64,000 nt of DNA from Chiloscyllium plagiosum (taxonomy: Eukaryota): the NCBI RefSeq assembly GCF_004010195.1, contig NC_057753.1, forward strand, positions 8,743,484 to 8,807,483. The letters run 5' to 3'. The position numbers were made by a program, and so were the translations under genes. The number at the start of each line of letters is the position of its first letter. The stretch's first letter is position 1. The notes beneath the pieces were generated by a model that was given only the letters and a program-made list of their open reading frames with translations, was not told where the DNA came from and searched no databases. This document shows positions 1-13,993 of the stretch, in pieces.

Positions 1-2061
1 ATATGTAGATAGGCCAACAAGAGGTGAGGCCATACTGGATTTGGTTCTGGGTAACGAACCAGGCCAGGTGTTAGAATTAGAGGTAGGTGAGCACTTTGGG
101 GACAGTGACCACAATTCGGTGATTTTCACTCTAGTGATGAAGAGGGATAAGTGTGCACTATAGGGCAAGAGTTATAGCTGGGGGCAGGGAAATTATGATG
201 CGGTGAGGCATGACTTAGGATGTGTGACTGGAAAAGTAAGCTTCAAGGCAAGGGCGTAATTGATATGTGGAGCTTGTTCAAGGAGCAACTATTGAGTGTC
301 CTTGATAAGTATGTACCCGTCAGGCAGGGAGGAAAGGGTCGTGTGAGGGAGCCGTGGTTTAATAAGGAATTGGAATCCCTTGTTAAATGGAAGAGGGCGG
401 CCTATGTAAAGATGAGGCGTGAAGGTTCAATTGGGGCGATTGAGAGTTATAAAGTAGCCAGGAAGTACCTGAAGAGAGAGCTAAGAGCAGGAATGAGGGG
501 ACATGAAAGGTCCTTAGTTGGTAGGATTAGGGAAAACCCTAAGGCTTTCTCTAGGTATGTCAGGAATAAAAGAATGACTAGGGTAGGAATAGGTCCAGTC
601 AAGGATAGTAGTGGGAAGTTGCGTGTGGAGGCTGAAGAGATTGGGGAGACACTGAATGAATACTTTTCGTCAGTATTCAATCAGGAACAGGACATTGTTG
701 TCAATGTGAATACTGAGTCACCATTAAATAGAATGGATGGCTTTGAGGTATGTAGAGAAGAGGTGTTGGAAATTCTGGAAAGGGTGAAAATAGAGAAGTC
801 CCCTGGGCCTGACGGCATTTATCCTAGGATTCTCTGGGAAGCAAGGGAGGAGATTGCAGAGCCATTGGCCTTGATTTTTATGTCCTCGTTGTCTACAGGA
901 GTAGTGCCAGAAGATTGGAGGCTAGCAAATGTGGTTCCCTTGTTCAAGAAGGGGAGTAGGGATAACCCTAGTAACTATAGGTCGTTGAGTCTCACTTGAG
1001 TTGTGGGCAAAATCTTAGAGAGAATTGTAAGGGATAGGATTTATGAACATCTGGATAGGAATAATGTGATCAAGGATATTCAGCAAGGTTTTGTGAATGG
1101 CAGGTCGTGTTCACAAACCTTATTGAATTCTTTGAGAAGGTGACTAAGGAGGTGGACGAGGGGAAAGCGGTAGATGTGGTGTATATGGATTTTAGTAAGG
1201 CTTTTGATAAGGTTCCCCATGGTGACTACTGCACAAAATACGGAGGTATGGCATTGAGGGTGAGTTGTACGTTTGGATTAGGAGTTGGCTGGCTGGAAGA
1301 AGACAGAGGGTAGTAGTTGATGGCAAAGGTTCATCTTGGAGTGCCGGCACTAGCGATGTTCCGCAAGGATCTGTTTTGGGACCATTGCTGTTTTTCATTT
1401 TTATAAATAACCTGGAGGAGGCGTTAGAAGGTTGGGGGAGCAGGTTTGCGGATGATACGAAAGTCGGAGGAGTTGTAGACAGTGAGGAAGGATGTGGCAG
1501 GTTACAGAGGGATATAGATAAGCTGCAGAACTGGGCAGAAAGGTGGCAAATGGAGTTCAATGTAGCTAAGTGTGAGGTGATTCGCTTTGGTTAGAGTAAT
1601 AAAAAGATGGGGTACAGGGCTAACGGTCGGATACTTGGTAGTGTGGATGAGCAGAGGGATCTTGGTATCCATGTACACAGATCTTTGAAAGTTGCCACCC
1701 AGGTAAATAGTGCGGTGAAGAAGGCATATGGCGTACTGGCTTTTATTGGTAGAGGAATGGAGTTCGAGAGTCCTGAGATCATGTTGCAGTTGTATAAGAC
1801 TCTGGTGCAGCCGCATCCGGAGTATTGTGTGCAGATTTGGTCGCCATATTATAGGAAGGATGTGGAGGCACTGGAACGGGTGCAGAGGAGGTTTACAGGA
1901 TGTTGCCTGGTATGGTAGAAAGATCGCATGAGGAAAGGCTGAGGCACTTGGGGTTGTTTTCATTGGAGAAAAGAAGGGTTAGGGGTGACTTGATAGAGGT
2001 GTATAAGATAATTAGGGGTTTAGATAGGGTCGACAGTGAGAATCTTTTCCCACGTATGGAG
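1..2061 (+). mobile_element. CR1-type LINE, ORF2 (endonuclease C-term + RT), disrupted, 3' end in gap
   Basis: ORF fragments 220-999, 1107-1594 and 1607-2061 carry CR1 RT motifs ([58 protein letters not shown]), broken by stops and frameshifts. Confidence 0.93.
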
Positions 2062-2673
2062 NNNNNNNNNNNNNNNNNNNNNNNNNNNNNNNNNNNNNNN
2101 NNNNNNNNNNNNNNNNNNNNNNNNNNNNNNNNNNNNNNNNNNNNNNNNNNNNNNNNNNNNNNNNNNNNNNNNNNNNNNNNNNNNNNNNNNNNNNNNNNNN
2201 NNNNNNNNNNNNNNNNNNNNNNNNNNNNNNNNNNNNNNNNNNNNNNNNNNNNNNNNNNNNNNNNNNNNNNNNNNNNNNNNNNNNNNNNNNNNNNNNNNNN
2301 NNNNNNNNNNNNNNNNNNNNNNNNNNNNNNNNNNNNNNNNNNNNNNNNNNNNNNNNNNNNNNNNNNNNNNNNNNNNNNNNNNNNNNNNNNNNNNNNNNNN
2401 NNNNNNNNNNNNNNNNNNNNNNNNNNNNNNNNNNNNNNNNNNNNNNNNNNNNNNNNNNNNNNNNNNNNNNNNNNNNNNNNNNNNNNNNNNNNNNNNNNNN
2501 NNNNNNNNNNNNNNNNNNNNNNNNNNNNNNNNNNNNNNNNNNNNNNNNNNNNNNNNNNNNNNNNNNNNNNNNNNNNNNNNNNNNNNNNNNNNNNNNNNNN
2601 NNNNNNNNNNNNNNNNNNNNNNNNNNNNNNNNNNNNNNNNNNNNNNNNNNNNNNNNNNNNNNNNNNNNNNNNN
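2062..2673. other. assembly gap (N run)
   Basis: run of n. Confidence 1.
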
Positions 2674-2679
2674 GCTGCA

Positions 2680-3600
2680 GGTAGTACAGTGACACTTCAT
2701 TATATCATATGCTGAGTCCAGGAGCAATAACTTGCCAGATTGCCACATCTGTGCATCAGGATAGCTTGATCAGGAAGCAGACCCCACTGCCCATAACCTC
2801 GCCCTAGGATGCTGCGTGGTCCAATCAGTCGATGTGAAACGTCTTGTTGTATGGGACAATCTGGTGTAGCAGGAGAGAGTCGTATCCCTGTGAAGCAGAG
2901 TGCACCGCAGTCTCTCAATTTCCTTTGAAAGGCGAGTCTGAGCTTGTGGTCATCTACCTTCCTTTAAAAGGCTTGGACTTTTTCCAGGTGTATGCTGAGT
3001 TTTTGTGGATGGAAACCTCAAAGTTTCAGTCTCACCTGAATGTCATTGCATGTCCCACATTTACTGAGTAGGTGGCTTCACTGAGTCCACTTGGGTCAGC
3101 ACTGAGAGACGTCTGCTTCTCCGTAAGAAAGGTATGTCGTCCTGATGGTACCCCGGGCATCAGTCGGTTTCTTGACCATTCCAGGGAGCTTTGGGATTGG
3201 TTTGCTTTGGCCTCCTCCTTGTTTTCTTGCCCACAATTGTGTTTGATTTTGCTTTGTGGGCCGTTATGTCATGCAACGCTTGCCACAAATGACGGGTGTC
3301 TGTGTGGTTAGTCTTGGTCTCAGGTTGAATAGGATATTGCCTTTTGGAATCTCTGATGACCTTCCGAAGTTCGCACCCTGGATCTCTGTATGGTTGAGCA
3401 TCGCTCGATTTGAACACCATAGCACTGGAATTGTGTAAGGAGTGGATCTCCGAGTTCATGCATGTTTTCTAGATGGGGAATATTTGGATTAACTTGTTCA
3501 GCATGCTGTCTTCTACACACTTGTTAGTAAAGCCTGTAACAGTAGAGACATACGCAGTTAGGTTGGCCGCTAATTCTTGAATACATACCGATTCCAAGCT
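2680..3600 (-). mobile_element. degraded, rearranged Rex1/Babar-like LINE fragments
   Basis: minus strand 2700-3000 reads KVDD..RLAFQRKLRDCGALCFT (APE N-terminus-like); 3230-3600 reads FKN.AANL..YVSTVTGFTNKCVED...MNSEIHSL..VFKS..YR...ELRKVIRDSKRQY, resembling Rex1 ORF. Confidence 0.6.
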
Positions 3601-4089
3601 TTGCCATAAACGCCCATCCTTTGCCACTGACCGACAACTGTGAAGTCAAGTTTGTTCCCACACTGGTCAGGGCTCGGTTCCACGGTTCACCGAGGTTGGG
3701 AGGTCGGGCCTGCCTTAGTATGATAAGCCCTAGGACCCTCTGGGCTTGTAGATCCAACTTTGAAAGGTAAATGGGTGCATCCGATAGGGTTCTGGACACT
3801 CGTCTTGTTCACGAGCATTCCAGGGCGTCTAACAGTCAGGCCTAGTGTAAGTAGGGTCACGGTAGGGTCCGGTCTTGTACTCGTGCTGTTTGGGACTTGG
3901 TTCTGAACGTACTCGAGATCTGTCTTGTGAAGAAGTTCGCAAGACTTCTGATCCTTCTGGGTTTTCCTACACCATTGAATCTGGCTTTGTCTGTCAGAGG
4001 ATCTTCAAACTTCCGAGTAGATTTAAGAGAATATTGTTGGCAAATTTTAATGACTTAGGAAGCCTGTGCCAATTCAAATCCACTGTATA

Positions 4090-7000
4090 AACCTATCGCC
4101 CAGTTCTTAAGGATCTGTATTCCTCTGCTCCCCATTTACTCATGCATCTGTCCAGACGCACCTTAAATGAATCTACCGTGCCTGTATCTACTACCTCTGC
4201 TGGAAACGCGTTCCAGGCACCTGCCACCCCTTGTGTAAAGTACTTTCCGCATGTTACCCCCCCCCTTAAAATTTTCTCCTCTCAACTTGAACGTGTGACC
4301 TCTCGTTATTGAATCCTTCACCCTGGGGAAAAGCTTATCTCCATCCATCCTGCCTATACCCTTCATGATTCTGTAGATCTCAATTAGGTCCCGCTTAATC
4401 TCCTATTTTCTAATGAAAACAATCTTAACATACTCAACATATCTTCATAGCTAGCTCCTTCCATACCAGGCAACATCCTCGTAAATTTTCTCTGTACCCT
4501 CTCCAAAGCGTCCACATTCTTTTGGTAATGTGGCGACCAGAACTGTACACAGTATTTTAAATGCGGCCCAACCAAAGTCTTGTACAATTCTGACGTGATC
4601 TGCCAGCTCTTCTAATCAATACTCCGTCCGATGAAGGCTAGCATACCATATGTCTTCTTGACAACTCTATCCGCTTGTGCGGCCACTTTCAGGGTACAAT
4701 GGACCTGAACTCCAACATCGCTCTGCTCATCAACTTTTCCCAAGGTTCTTCCGTTTACAATATAGTTTGCTTTAGAGTTATAAAATTAGACCTTCCAAAA
4801 CGCATCACCTCACATTTGCCCGGATTGAACTCCATCTGCCACTTCTCACCCAACTTTCTAAGTCTATCTATATTCTCCTGTATTCTTTGACAGTCCCCTA
4901 TGCTTTCTGCTACTCCACCAATCTTCGTGTCATCTGCAAGATTATTGATCAGACCACCAATGTCCTCTTCCAGATCATGTATTTATATTTGACACAACAG
5001 TGTCCCCAGCACTGATCCCTGTGGAACAGAAGCGGTCATCTTGCTCCATTTTGAGAAGCTCTCTTTAACTACTACGCTCTGTGTCCTGTTGCTCAGCCAG
5101 TTCTTTATCCACCTAGCTAGAACACCCTGAACACCATGTGACTTCATTTTCTCTATTAGTTTACAATGGGGAATCTTACCAAACGCACTATTAACGTCCA
5201 TGTATATGACATCTACAGCCCTTCTTTCATCTATCAACTTGCTTACTTCCTCAAAGAACTCTATTAAGTTGGTAAGGCACTATCTCCCCCGCACAAAACC
5301 ACGTTTCCTATTACTGATAAGCCCATTCTCTTCCACGTATTACTAGATCCTATCCCTCAGTACCTTCTCCAGCAACCTTCCCACGACTGACGTCAGGCTC
5401 ACTGGTCTGGAGTTACCTGAAATATCCATACTACCCTTCTTGAACAGGGGGACAACATTAACAACTCTCCAGTCCTCCAGCACCTCACTTGTGTTTAAGG
5501 ATGCTACAAAGACATCTGTCAGGGTCCCAGCTATTTCCTCTCTCAGCTCCCTCAGCAACCTGATATAGATACCATTTGGTCCTGGGGATTTGTCCGCCTT
5601 AAAATCCTTTAGCCTACCCAACACATTTTCCCTCCTTATGTCAACGTGATCCAGACTAATCAAACTTCTATCTCTAATCTCAACATTCATCATGGCACTG
5701 TCATCAGTGAACGCTGATGCAAAGCAATCATTGAGAACCTCACCTATTTTCTCAGGTTCGACACAGCCTTCCTTCATTATCCTTTAGTGGACTAATCCTT
5801 TCTCTAGTTACCCTCTTGCTTCTTATATATGAATTTAAATCCTTGGGATTCTCCTTAATTCGGCTCACTAAGGATTTTTCATGACGCCTTTAGACTGCTT
5901 GATTTCTCGTTTTAGATTGGTCCTACTCTCCCGAAATTCCTCCACAGCCTGTTCTGTTGTTAGCTACCTGGACCTTATGTACGCTTCCCTTTTTCTCTTG
6001 GCTAGTCGCACAATTTCTCCTGTCATCCAGGGTCACGAATCTTGCCTTTCCTAACCCTTGTTTTCAAAGAGACATTCCTATCCTGCACTATCTTCAACCT
6101 ATCTTTGAAAGGCTCCCACAGATGAAATGTGGACTTCCCTTCAAATAGCTGTCCCCAATCCACATTGCCCAGCTCCTGCCGAATTTTGATATAATTGGCC
6201 TCGGCCCAGTTTAGTATTGTTCCTTCAGGACCACTCTCATCTTTGTCTATGAGTATACTAAAACTTACAGAATTGTGGTCATTATTCCAAAAGAAATCCT
6301 CCAATGAAACTTCTACCACCTTGCCTGGCTCATTCCCCAAAATAAAGTCAATATGGCCCCTTCCCTGGTTGGACTATTGAACATATTTCTCCAGAGAACT
6401 TTCTGAGATGCTCCTTACAAATTCTGCCCCATCCAGACCTTTGACAAGAAGTGCATCCCAGTCAGTGTTGGGAAAATTAAAATCTCCCATCACCACCACC
6501 CTGTTGCCTCTGCATATTTCCATAATCTGTTTCCCTATTTCTTCTTCCATCACACGCTCACGGTTGTGAGGCCTGTAGTACAGCCCCAACAATGTAACTG
6601 CACCCTTCTTATTTCTCAGCTATACGCATAATTCCTCACTGCTCAAGCCCTCCACTATGTCCTCCTTTAGCACAGCTGTGATATCATCCCTGACCATTTT
6701 AACTCCTCCCCCTTTTCCTTTCCTCCTTGTTCAGTCGGAAGCATCTCTTTTCTGGAATATTTAGTTGCCAATCATGGCCTTCCTTCAACCAAGTCTCTAT
6801 GATTGCAATAACGTCGTACTCCAAGGCACCAATCCAAGTTCGTCTGCCTTTCCCAGTGTGCTCCTTGCATTCAATCACATGCACGTCAAACTACCAGTTC
6901 CTTTGCGTTCATCTGCTCTCTGCCTACTCTTCCCTCGGTAATTCTAACTTCACGATCATGTTCCTTACAATCTCTAGTTTCCACCTCACTGCTTAGTAGT

Positions 7001-8345
7001 CTACTATTCTGGTTCCCAGACCCGGCCACATTAGTTTAAACTCTCCCCAACAGCAGCAGAAAACTCTCCCAAGGACATTAGTTCTACTATGGTTCAGGTG
7101 TAGACTCTCCGATTTGTGGTAGTCTCACCTTCCCCAGAACTGGTCCCAATGTTCCACTAATTTGAACCCCTCCCTCCTATACCATCCCTTAAGCCACGTG
7201 TTCACCCTGCCTGGCCTTTCATTTTTAGTCTGGCTAGCACGTGGCACTGGCAGCAGTCCTGAGATCACTACCTTTGAGGTCCTCCTCTTTAACTTTTCTC
7301 CTAGCTCCCTGAATTCTGCTTTCATGACCTCATCTCGTCTTTTTTACTTATATTATTTGTTCCTGTATGCACCACGACAACTTTCTGTTCACAGTCCTCT
7401 TTCAGAATGCTCTGCAGCCAGTTGGTGACATCCCTGATCCAAGCACCTGGGAGGAAACATACCATATGGGAGTCTCGTTTTCGGCCACAGAATGGCCTAT
7501 CTATTCCCCTTACAATGGAATATCCTACGACTATGGCCCGCCGAGTCTTTTTTACGCCATTCCGAACAGCAGAGCCCTCCATGGTACCATTATCCTGGCA
7601 ATTGCTTCCCTCCCCTGCGAGCCATCTCCCCAACAGCACCCAAACTGGCATACCTGTTTTGGAGGGAGATGAGCGCAGGGACACCTGCACTGCCTTCCTA
7701 CTCTTCCTCTGCGTTTTGTCACCCATTCACTGTCACGCTCAAGACTTCTAGTCTACAGTGTGACCAATTAACTAAACGTGTTATCCATGACTTCCTCAGC
7801 CTTGAAGATGATTATATGCTCCACAGTGAGTCTATCTGCAGCTCCAGCGTCGTCAAGCGGTCAAACAAGAGCTGCAGCGGGGCATATCTCTTGCAAGTGT
7901 AAGAGTCTGGGACGTCAGCCACGTCCCTGAGCTCCCACATCAAGCAAGAGGCACATGCCAAGGGCCTGAAGTCGCCTGTCACTGTAATCCTTAGCTTTAA
8001 CTTGAGTAACTAATACCAAACAATGCACTTAAATATATAAAAGAAAAGAAAAAGCCTTACCTTGCAGAGTTCTTTTCTTCTGGTTAGAGGAGGGGCCAGG
8101 AGGAAATTACTACACATGTAGTATCTCAGATTTAGCTGCTGCTCGAAGATATACGAAGTCCTTACCTCCGGGCAACCTCCTTGTCGACAAACATCACCTC
8201 CGCTCTGTCTCTCGCTGCTCCCAGACACGAAAAAGGCCTCGGGATTCGAAAGTAGTTATTTATACTAAGTTCTTACCTTCCCGCAACCTCCTGGTCCCAA
8301 ACACCACCTCCACTCTGTCTCACGATGCTCCCAGACAGATAAAGC
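4090..8345 (-). mobile_element. near full-length CR1 LINE (5' region, ORF1 esterase-like, ORF2 APE+RT), inactivated
   Basis: ORF1 motifs IVVGYSIVRGIDRPFCG..VCFLPGA and VVISGLLPVPRA; APE motifs DVIAIIETWL and VVMGDFNFP; RT motifs KSPGPNGIY and VPQGSVLG; many stops. Confidence 0.9.
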
Positions 8346-9059
8346 TTTACGTTATTTATGGATAATGGTAAGTGTTGTTGTCAGGTGAAGACACTAAATT
8401 GGGAAGGCTGGCTATGAGAATATTGGGCAGATAGTATAGAATAAAGATTGAGGACGCCTGTTTGAGGGTAAACAAACTTCTGGCTTGTAGGAAACTTTTA
8501 AAAGGCTATTTAATTAGACTTCTGGACCAGCATGCTTCTGCAAAAATGAAACATAATTACAAAAATATTCAACAAACCTGGTTGTCAACTAAAATAGAGA
8601 GATTAGTCAAAAATGCAATGCTCACATAGGTAAGATTTAGGACACTGTCGCAACGATAACAGATGAATGGACACAGCGCAACAATCGCCAGACAGGAGCT
8701 TTTGCTCCCAGTCGGGGAACTCTTCAGTGCTTCAAGAATATTCAGCCTCTGTTCATTGGGTAAGCGTCCTCCAAGCTGGCCATCGAGATAAACAACAGAA
8801 TCGCCAAGCAGATTCAACAAATTTCTGTACAAATGAAAATGGTCTCAACCATGATCTTGGGTACATATGGCGCTATATGTAACCTCACCACACCTTTCTG
8901 CATTTGAAATATCTTCCTTATTATTCTGTTTTGACATCATCTCCTTGATAACTTGTTATGATCTCTCTACTTTAATTAGATTGCACCATTTTGGATTATT
9001 TGTTACTTTGATTAGATCAGTGGTGAGTGAGGTGGCGCAGGGGTTCATGTTGAGCCTTC

Positions 9060-9465
9060 AACTCTCATGATACGTTAAAGTGATTAGCAAGAAGAGATCA
9101 AGTATAACGTAACCAAGTTTGCTGATGAAAGTAAATTGAGTGGAAAAGCAAACTGTGCAGAGGATGGGGAAGGTCTGCAGAGATATTTGGATAAGTTAAG
9201 TCAGAGACCAACGGTCGGCAGATAGATTACAACGTTGGTAAATGTAAGTTTATTTCCTAGTTAATCTCTGAAATTCTCTTCCCAAGGAAGCAGTACAGGC
9301 AGCTACATTAAATATATTCAAGACACAGTTGGATGGATTTTTGCATGTAGGGCAATTAAGGATTATAGGGATAATGCACGTAAGAGTAGCTGAAATGCTG
9401 GATAGATCAGCCGTGACCTTAATGAATGGTGGACCATGGTCGATGGGACAAATGGTCAACTCCTT
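9060..9465 (+). mobile_element. old CR1 RT/3' fragments
   Basis: ccaagtttgctgatgaaagtaaattgagtgg (KFADxxKL) followed by CR1-like 3' UTR sequence. Confidence 0.55.
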
Positions 9466-9904
9466 CTTCTACTATTTTGAAAAGAATCCTCATCATGCGA
9501 CTCTTATGCCTATTATGTCAAAACAGCCGTTTGATCTGTCCCTTGAATTATCATATTTTCGATTTTTGTAAATATCTCTCTGCCTCAATCAATTGGATCA
9601 TACGTCATCCCTTTACTTGTTATTCAGCTGTTGGCACTTTTCTCACACCATTTGATGTTTTTGATCATCTGTAAACACGTATTATTCACTCGGTCGCCAC
9701 TCCACTCATTACTATCCTTGGCACTCTTAATTACCTAGAATGCTTTGCATTGATCACTCTGTGTGTAACTTTTGTACCTGTGTGCCTCCCCCCATTTCAC
9801 TTAATGAAACCTTGTGATCAATTACACCTGCTGGACAATTACCCGATGTCGTGTGGGTTCTGATTTTGCTCACTGCAGTCCAACACTGGCATCTCCACAT
9901 CTTG

Positions 9905-10805
9905 GCAAATGTGATTAAGGAGCATCACAAGATGTTTTGTACATATATAAGGAGCAAGAAAGAATCTGGGGACAGGATAGGTCCATGCAAGTGCAAGAAG
10001 GGAATTTATACTTGAAGCTAGAGGAGGTGGGTGAGATCCTTCATGTTACGTTACAGCAAGGAGAAGGACAAGGTAAGTAGCGACTCTGGGGAGGAGTATG
10101 CTGACATTCCGGTCATGTCAGTATTTAAAGTAGTTGGCGGAGATGGATATTTTGAAATGATTTCAGTTGAACAAGTTCCCAAGACCCGATGGGATCTGGC
10201 CCAGAATGGCATGGACACAGGTGAGGAACTTTCATGGGCTTTGAAAAAAATCTTTGTTCTTTCTTTCGTCACATGTGAGGTTGCAAAGGACTAGAAAATA
10301 GCTGATACTTTTCCGTTGTTTCGGAATGGTAACCTGAATAATGTGAGAGAGAGCAGAACGGTGAACTTTCCATTGGTGGTAGGAACATGCTGAAGAAGAT
10401 CTGCAGATATAGGGTTAATTCAAAATGATGTGATGGGGGTATGTAAGATTATGAGAGGTATTGATAGTGTTAAGCCACTCAGTCTTTTTTCCAAGATGGG
10501 GGAATTGAGGATGAGAGGGCATCAGTTTATGGTTAGAGGGGAAGAATAAAAGGCAACCTGAGGGGCATCTTGTTGATACCGCGGGTGGTACGCATATGGT
10601 ATGAGCTGCCAGCGGATGTGGTTGAGGCATGTATGTTAACAACATATAAAGGTCATTAGACAACATGGATAGGAAATGTAGAAGGATATAGGCCACGTGC
10701 AGAGAAATTGGTTAAGCATGTACAGACATTTTGGTCATCATGGACTAGTTTGGGCAAAAGGGCCTGTCTCCGTGCTATAGGACTCTATGACTCTATGACA
10801 CTATG
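9905..10805 (+). mobile_element. degraded CR1 fragments ending in a (ctatga)n-type tail
   Basis: ORF2-like remnants at 9930-10410; 3' end ggcctgtctccgtgctataggactctatgactctatga. Confidence 0.7.
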
Positions 10806-11344
10806 AATATCTCCTCTGCTCTGTCCTAAATGATCCAACCCGAATATTCAGACTGTGATCCCTGGTTCTGAACACACCCCATCATTGGGAACACCCCCCA
10901 CCCCCTCCGCTGCATCTAACCAGTCGAGTGCTATTAGAATTTTGAAGTCTCCATGTGGTCCTCCCTCACACGTCAAAACACCAGCAAAACCAATCCTAAC
11001 CTAATCAATCTCTCCTCATTCTTCAGTCTCGCTATCCCTGCAATCCAACTTGCAAAGCTTCACTGCACGTCCTGAGCTAAGTGACTTTCTTGGACTATTC
11101 GTGGAATACTTAATTATAAACAGCATTGCTATGGAACTGGATAATGGTGTGGATCAAGTTGTGTGAGCACAGAAAAACATCTTTTCTGCAGGAAGTTATT
11201 ATAAAAGATTGATTTTCTTTACCATAATTGATAATAATTTATTCATCAATATCACCGAGTTTTGCGGACGTGGTGGGTTATGCAGTTTTGTCCTGAGAAA
11301 TTAGACTGGTTCTCTAGATTATTTTTTGAATTACAATCACATTA

Positions 11345-13993
11345 TTCCACTATCATTCGGGAGGCAGATGGGGCTATTGACAGGACTTACAGAGAGATAG
11401 TCACTCCCCAGATAAAAGAAAAAGACAGATGGGTGACAGTTAGGGGACAGAAAGGGAACCGGCAGGCAGTGCAGGGATCCCCTGTGGTCATTCCCCTCAA
11501 CAATAAGTATATCGTTTTGGATACTGTTGGGGGGGATGACTTACCAGGGGAAAGCAGTGGGGCACCTGATGCTCAGAAGGGAAGGGGGAGGAGGAGCAGA
11601 GCAGTAGTCATTGGGGACTCGATAGTTAGGGGACAGATAGGAGGTTCTGTGGGGACGAGACAGACTCACGGTCGGTGTGTTGCCTCCCGGGTGCCAGGGT
11701 CCGTGATGTCTCTGATCGTGTTTTTGGGATCCTTCTGGAGGGAGAGCAGCCCCAAGTCGTGGTTCACATTGGCACCAACGACATAGGTCAGAAGTGAGAT
11801 GGGGACTTGAGGCAGAAATTCAGGGAGCTAGGATGGAAGCTTAGAGCGAGGACAAACAAAAGTTGTTTTCTCTGGCTTGCTGCCCGTGCCACGTGCTAGT
11901 GAGGTGAGGAATATGGAGGGAAAGGAGTTGAACACGTGGCTACAGGGATGGTGCAGGAGGGAGGGTTTCGGGTTTTTGGATAGTTGGAGCTCTTTCTGGG
12001 GTAGGTGGGACCTCTACAAGCAGGATGGTCTTCATCAAAACCACAGGGGTACCAATATCCTGGGTGGGAAATTCGCTAAAGTTATTAAGGTGGATTTAAA
12101 ATAATACAGCAGGGGGATAGGAACCAAAATTGTCGGACAGGTACAGAAGAGGATGAGAGTAGGGAGTTCAAAAAAAAGTATCTGACACTGGCAAGCGAGA
12201 ATCTGGTTTGAAGTGTGTGTACTTCTACGCGAGGAGCATCCGAAATAAAGTGGGTGAACTGGCAGGGTGGGTTGGTACCTGGGACTTCGATGTTGTGGCC
12301 ATTACGGAGACATGGATAGAGCAACGACAGGAATATCTGTTGCAGGTTCCGGGATTAAGATGCGTCAGTAAGAACAGAGAATATGGTAAAAGAGGGGGAG
12401 GTGTGGCATTGTTGATCAGGGACAATATTACAGTTGTAGAAAGGATATTTGGGGACTCGTTAACGGAGGTAGTATGAGCGGAGGTTAAAAACAGGAAAGG
12501 ATAAGTCACCATGCTGGGAGTTTTCTATGGGCCTCTGAACAGTTCCAGAGATGTAGAGGAAAGGATAGCAAAGATGATTCTCGATAGGAATGAGAGAGGC
12601 AGGGTAATTGTCATGGGGGACTTCAACTATCCAAATATTGACTGGGATCACTTCAGTGCGAGTACTATAGATGGGTCAGTTTTTGCCCAGTGTGTGCAGG
12701 ACGGCTTCCTGACACAGTATGTAGACAGGCCTACAAAGGACGAGGCTGCTTTAGATTTAGTACTGGGTAACAAGCCTGGCCAGGTGTTATATTTGGAAGT
12801 AGGTGAGAACTTTGGAGACAGCAATCACAAGTCTGTCATGTTTACTTAAGTAATAGAAAGGGATAGGTGTACTCCACCGAGCAAGAGTTACAGCTCAGGG
12901 AAGGGATTGTGGGAGACATAGCAGTTTGGATCAGTAATTGGCTTGCTGAAAGAAAACAGAGGGTTGTAGTTGATAGAACATGTTCATCTTAGTGTCCAGT
13001 TACTAGCGGCGTACCGCAAGGGTCGTTGTTGGGTCCACTGCTGTTCATCATTTTTATAAATGATCTGGATGAGGGCTTACAAGGGTGGGTTAGTAAATTT
13101 GCGGACGCCACTAAGGTCGGTGCAGTTGTGGATAGTGACGAAGGATGTAGTAGGTTGCAGAGAGGCATGGATAGGATGCAGAGCTGGGCTGAGAGGTGGA
13201 AAATGGAGTTTAATGTGGACAAGTGTGAGGTGATACACTTTGGTTGGAGTAATCGGAATGCAAAGTACTGGGATAATGGTAGGATTCTTGGGAGTGCAGA
13301 TGAGAAGAGAGATCTCGGTGTCCATGTACACAGATCCCTGAAAGTTGCCATCCAAATTGATAGGGTTGTTAAGAAGGCATACAGTGTTTTGGCCTTTACT
13401 AATAGAGGGATTGAGTTCTGGAACCAGGAGGTTATGCTGCAGCTGTACAAAGCTCTGGTACGGCCACACTTGGAGTATTGTGTACAGTTCTGGTCACCGC
13501 ATTATAAGAAGGATGTGGAAGCTTTGGAAAGGGTGCAGAGGAGATTTACTAGGATGTTGCCTGGTATGGAGGGAAGGTCTTACGAGGAAAGGCTAAGGGC
13601 CTTGAGGCTGTTCTTGTTAGAGAGAAGAAGGTTGAGAGGTGACTTAATAGAGACATACAAGATAATCAGAGGGTTAGATAGGGTGGACAGGGAGAGCCTT
13701 TTTCCAAGTATGGGGTCAGCAATCACGAAGGGACACAACTTTAAAGTGAGGGGAAATAGGTAAGACAGATGTCAGAGGTAGTTTCTTTACTCAGAGAGTC
13801 GTAAGGGTATGGAATGCTTTGCCTGCAACAGCAGTTGATTCACCAAGTTTAAGTGCATTTAAGTCGTCATTGGGCAGGCAAATGGACATACATGGGATAG
13901 TGTAGGTGGGATGAAATTCAGGTTAGTATGACAGGGCGGCGCAGCATCGAGGGCCGAAGGGCCTGTACTGCGCTGTAATGTTCTATGTTCTAT
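11345..13993 (+). mobile_element. CR1 LINE with ORF1, APE and RT C-term; internal deletion near 12905
   Basis: AVVIGDSIVRG (ORF1), DVVAITETW and IVMGDFNYP (APE), then a jump directly to RT (VPQGSLLGPLLF..FADATK, 13026-13763); tail gttctatgttcta. Confidence 0.92.

Noticed and set aside
1900..2748. Long ORFs in the track spanning N runs (also 19898-20693 and 56763-57596)
   Set aside because: Open only because of assembly gaps; the flanking residues are retroelement-derived or random
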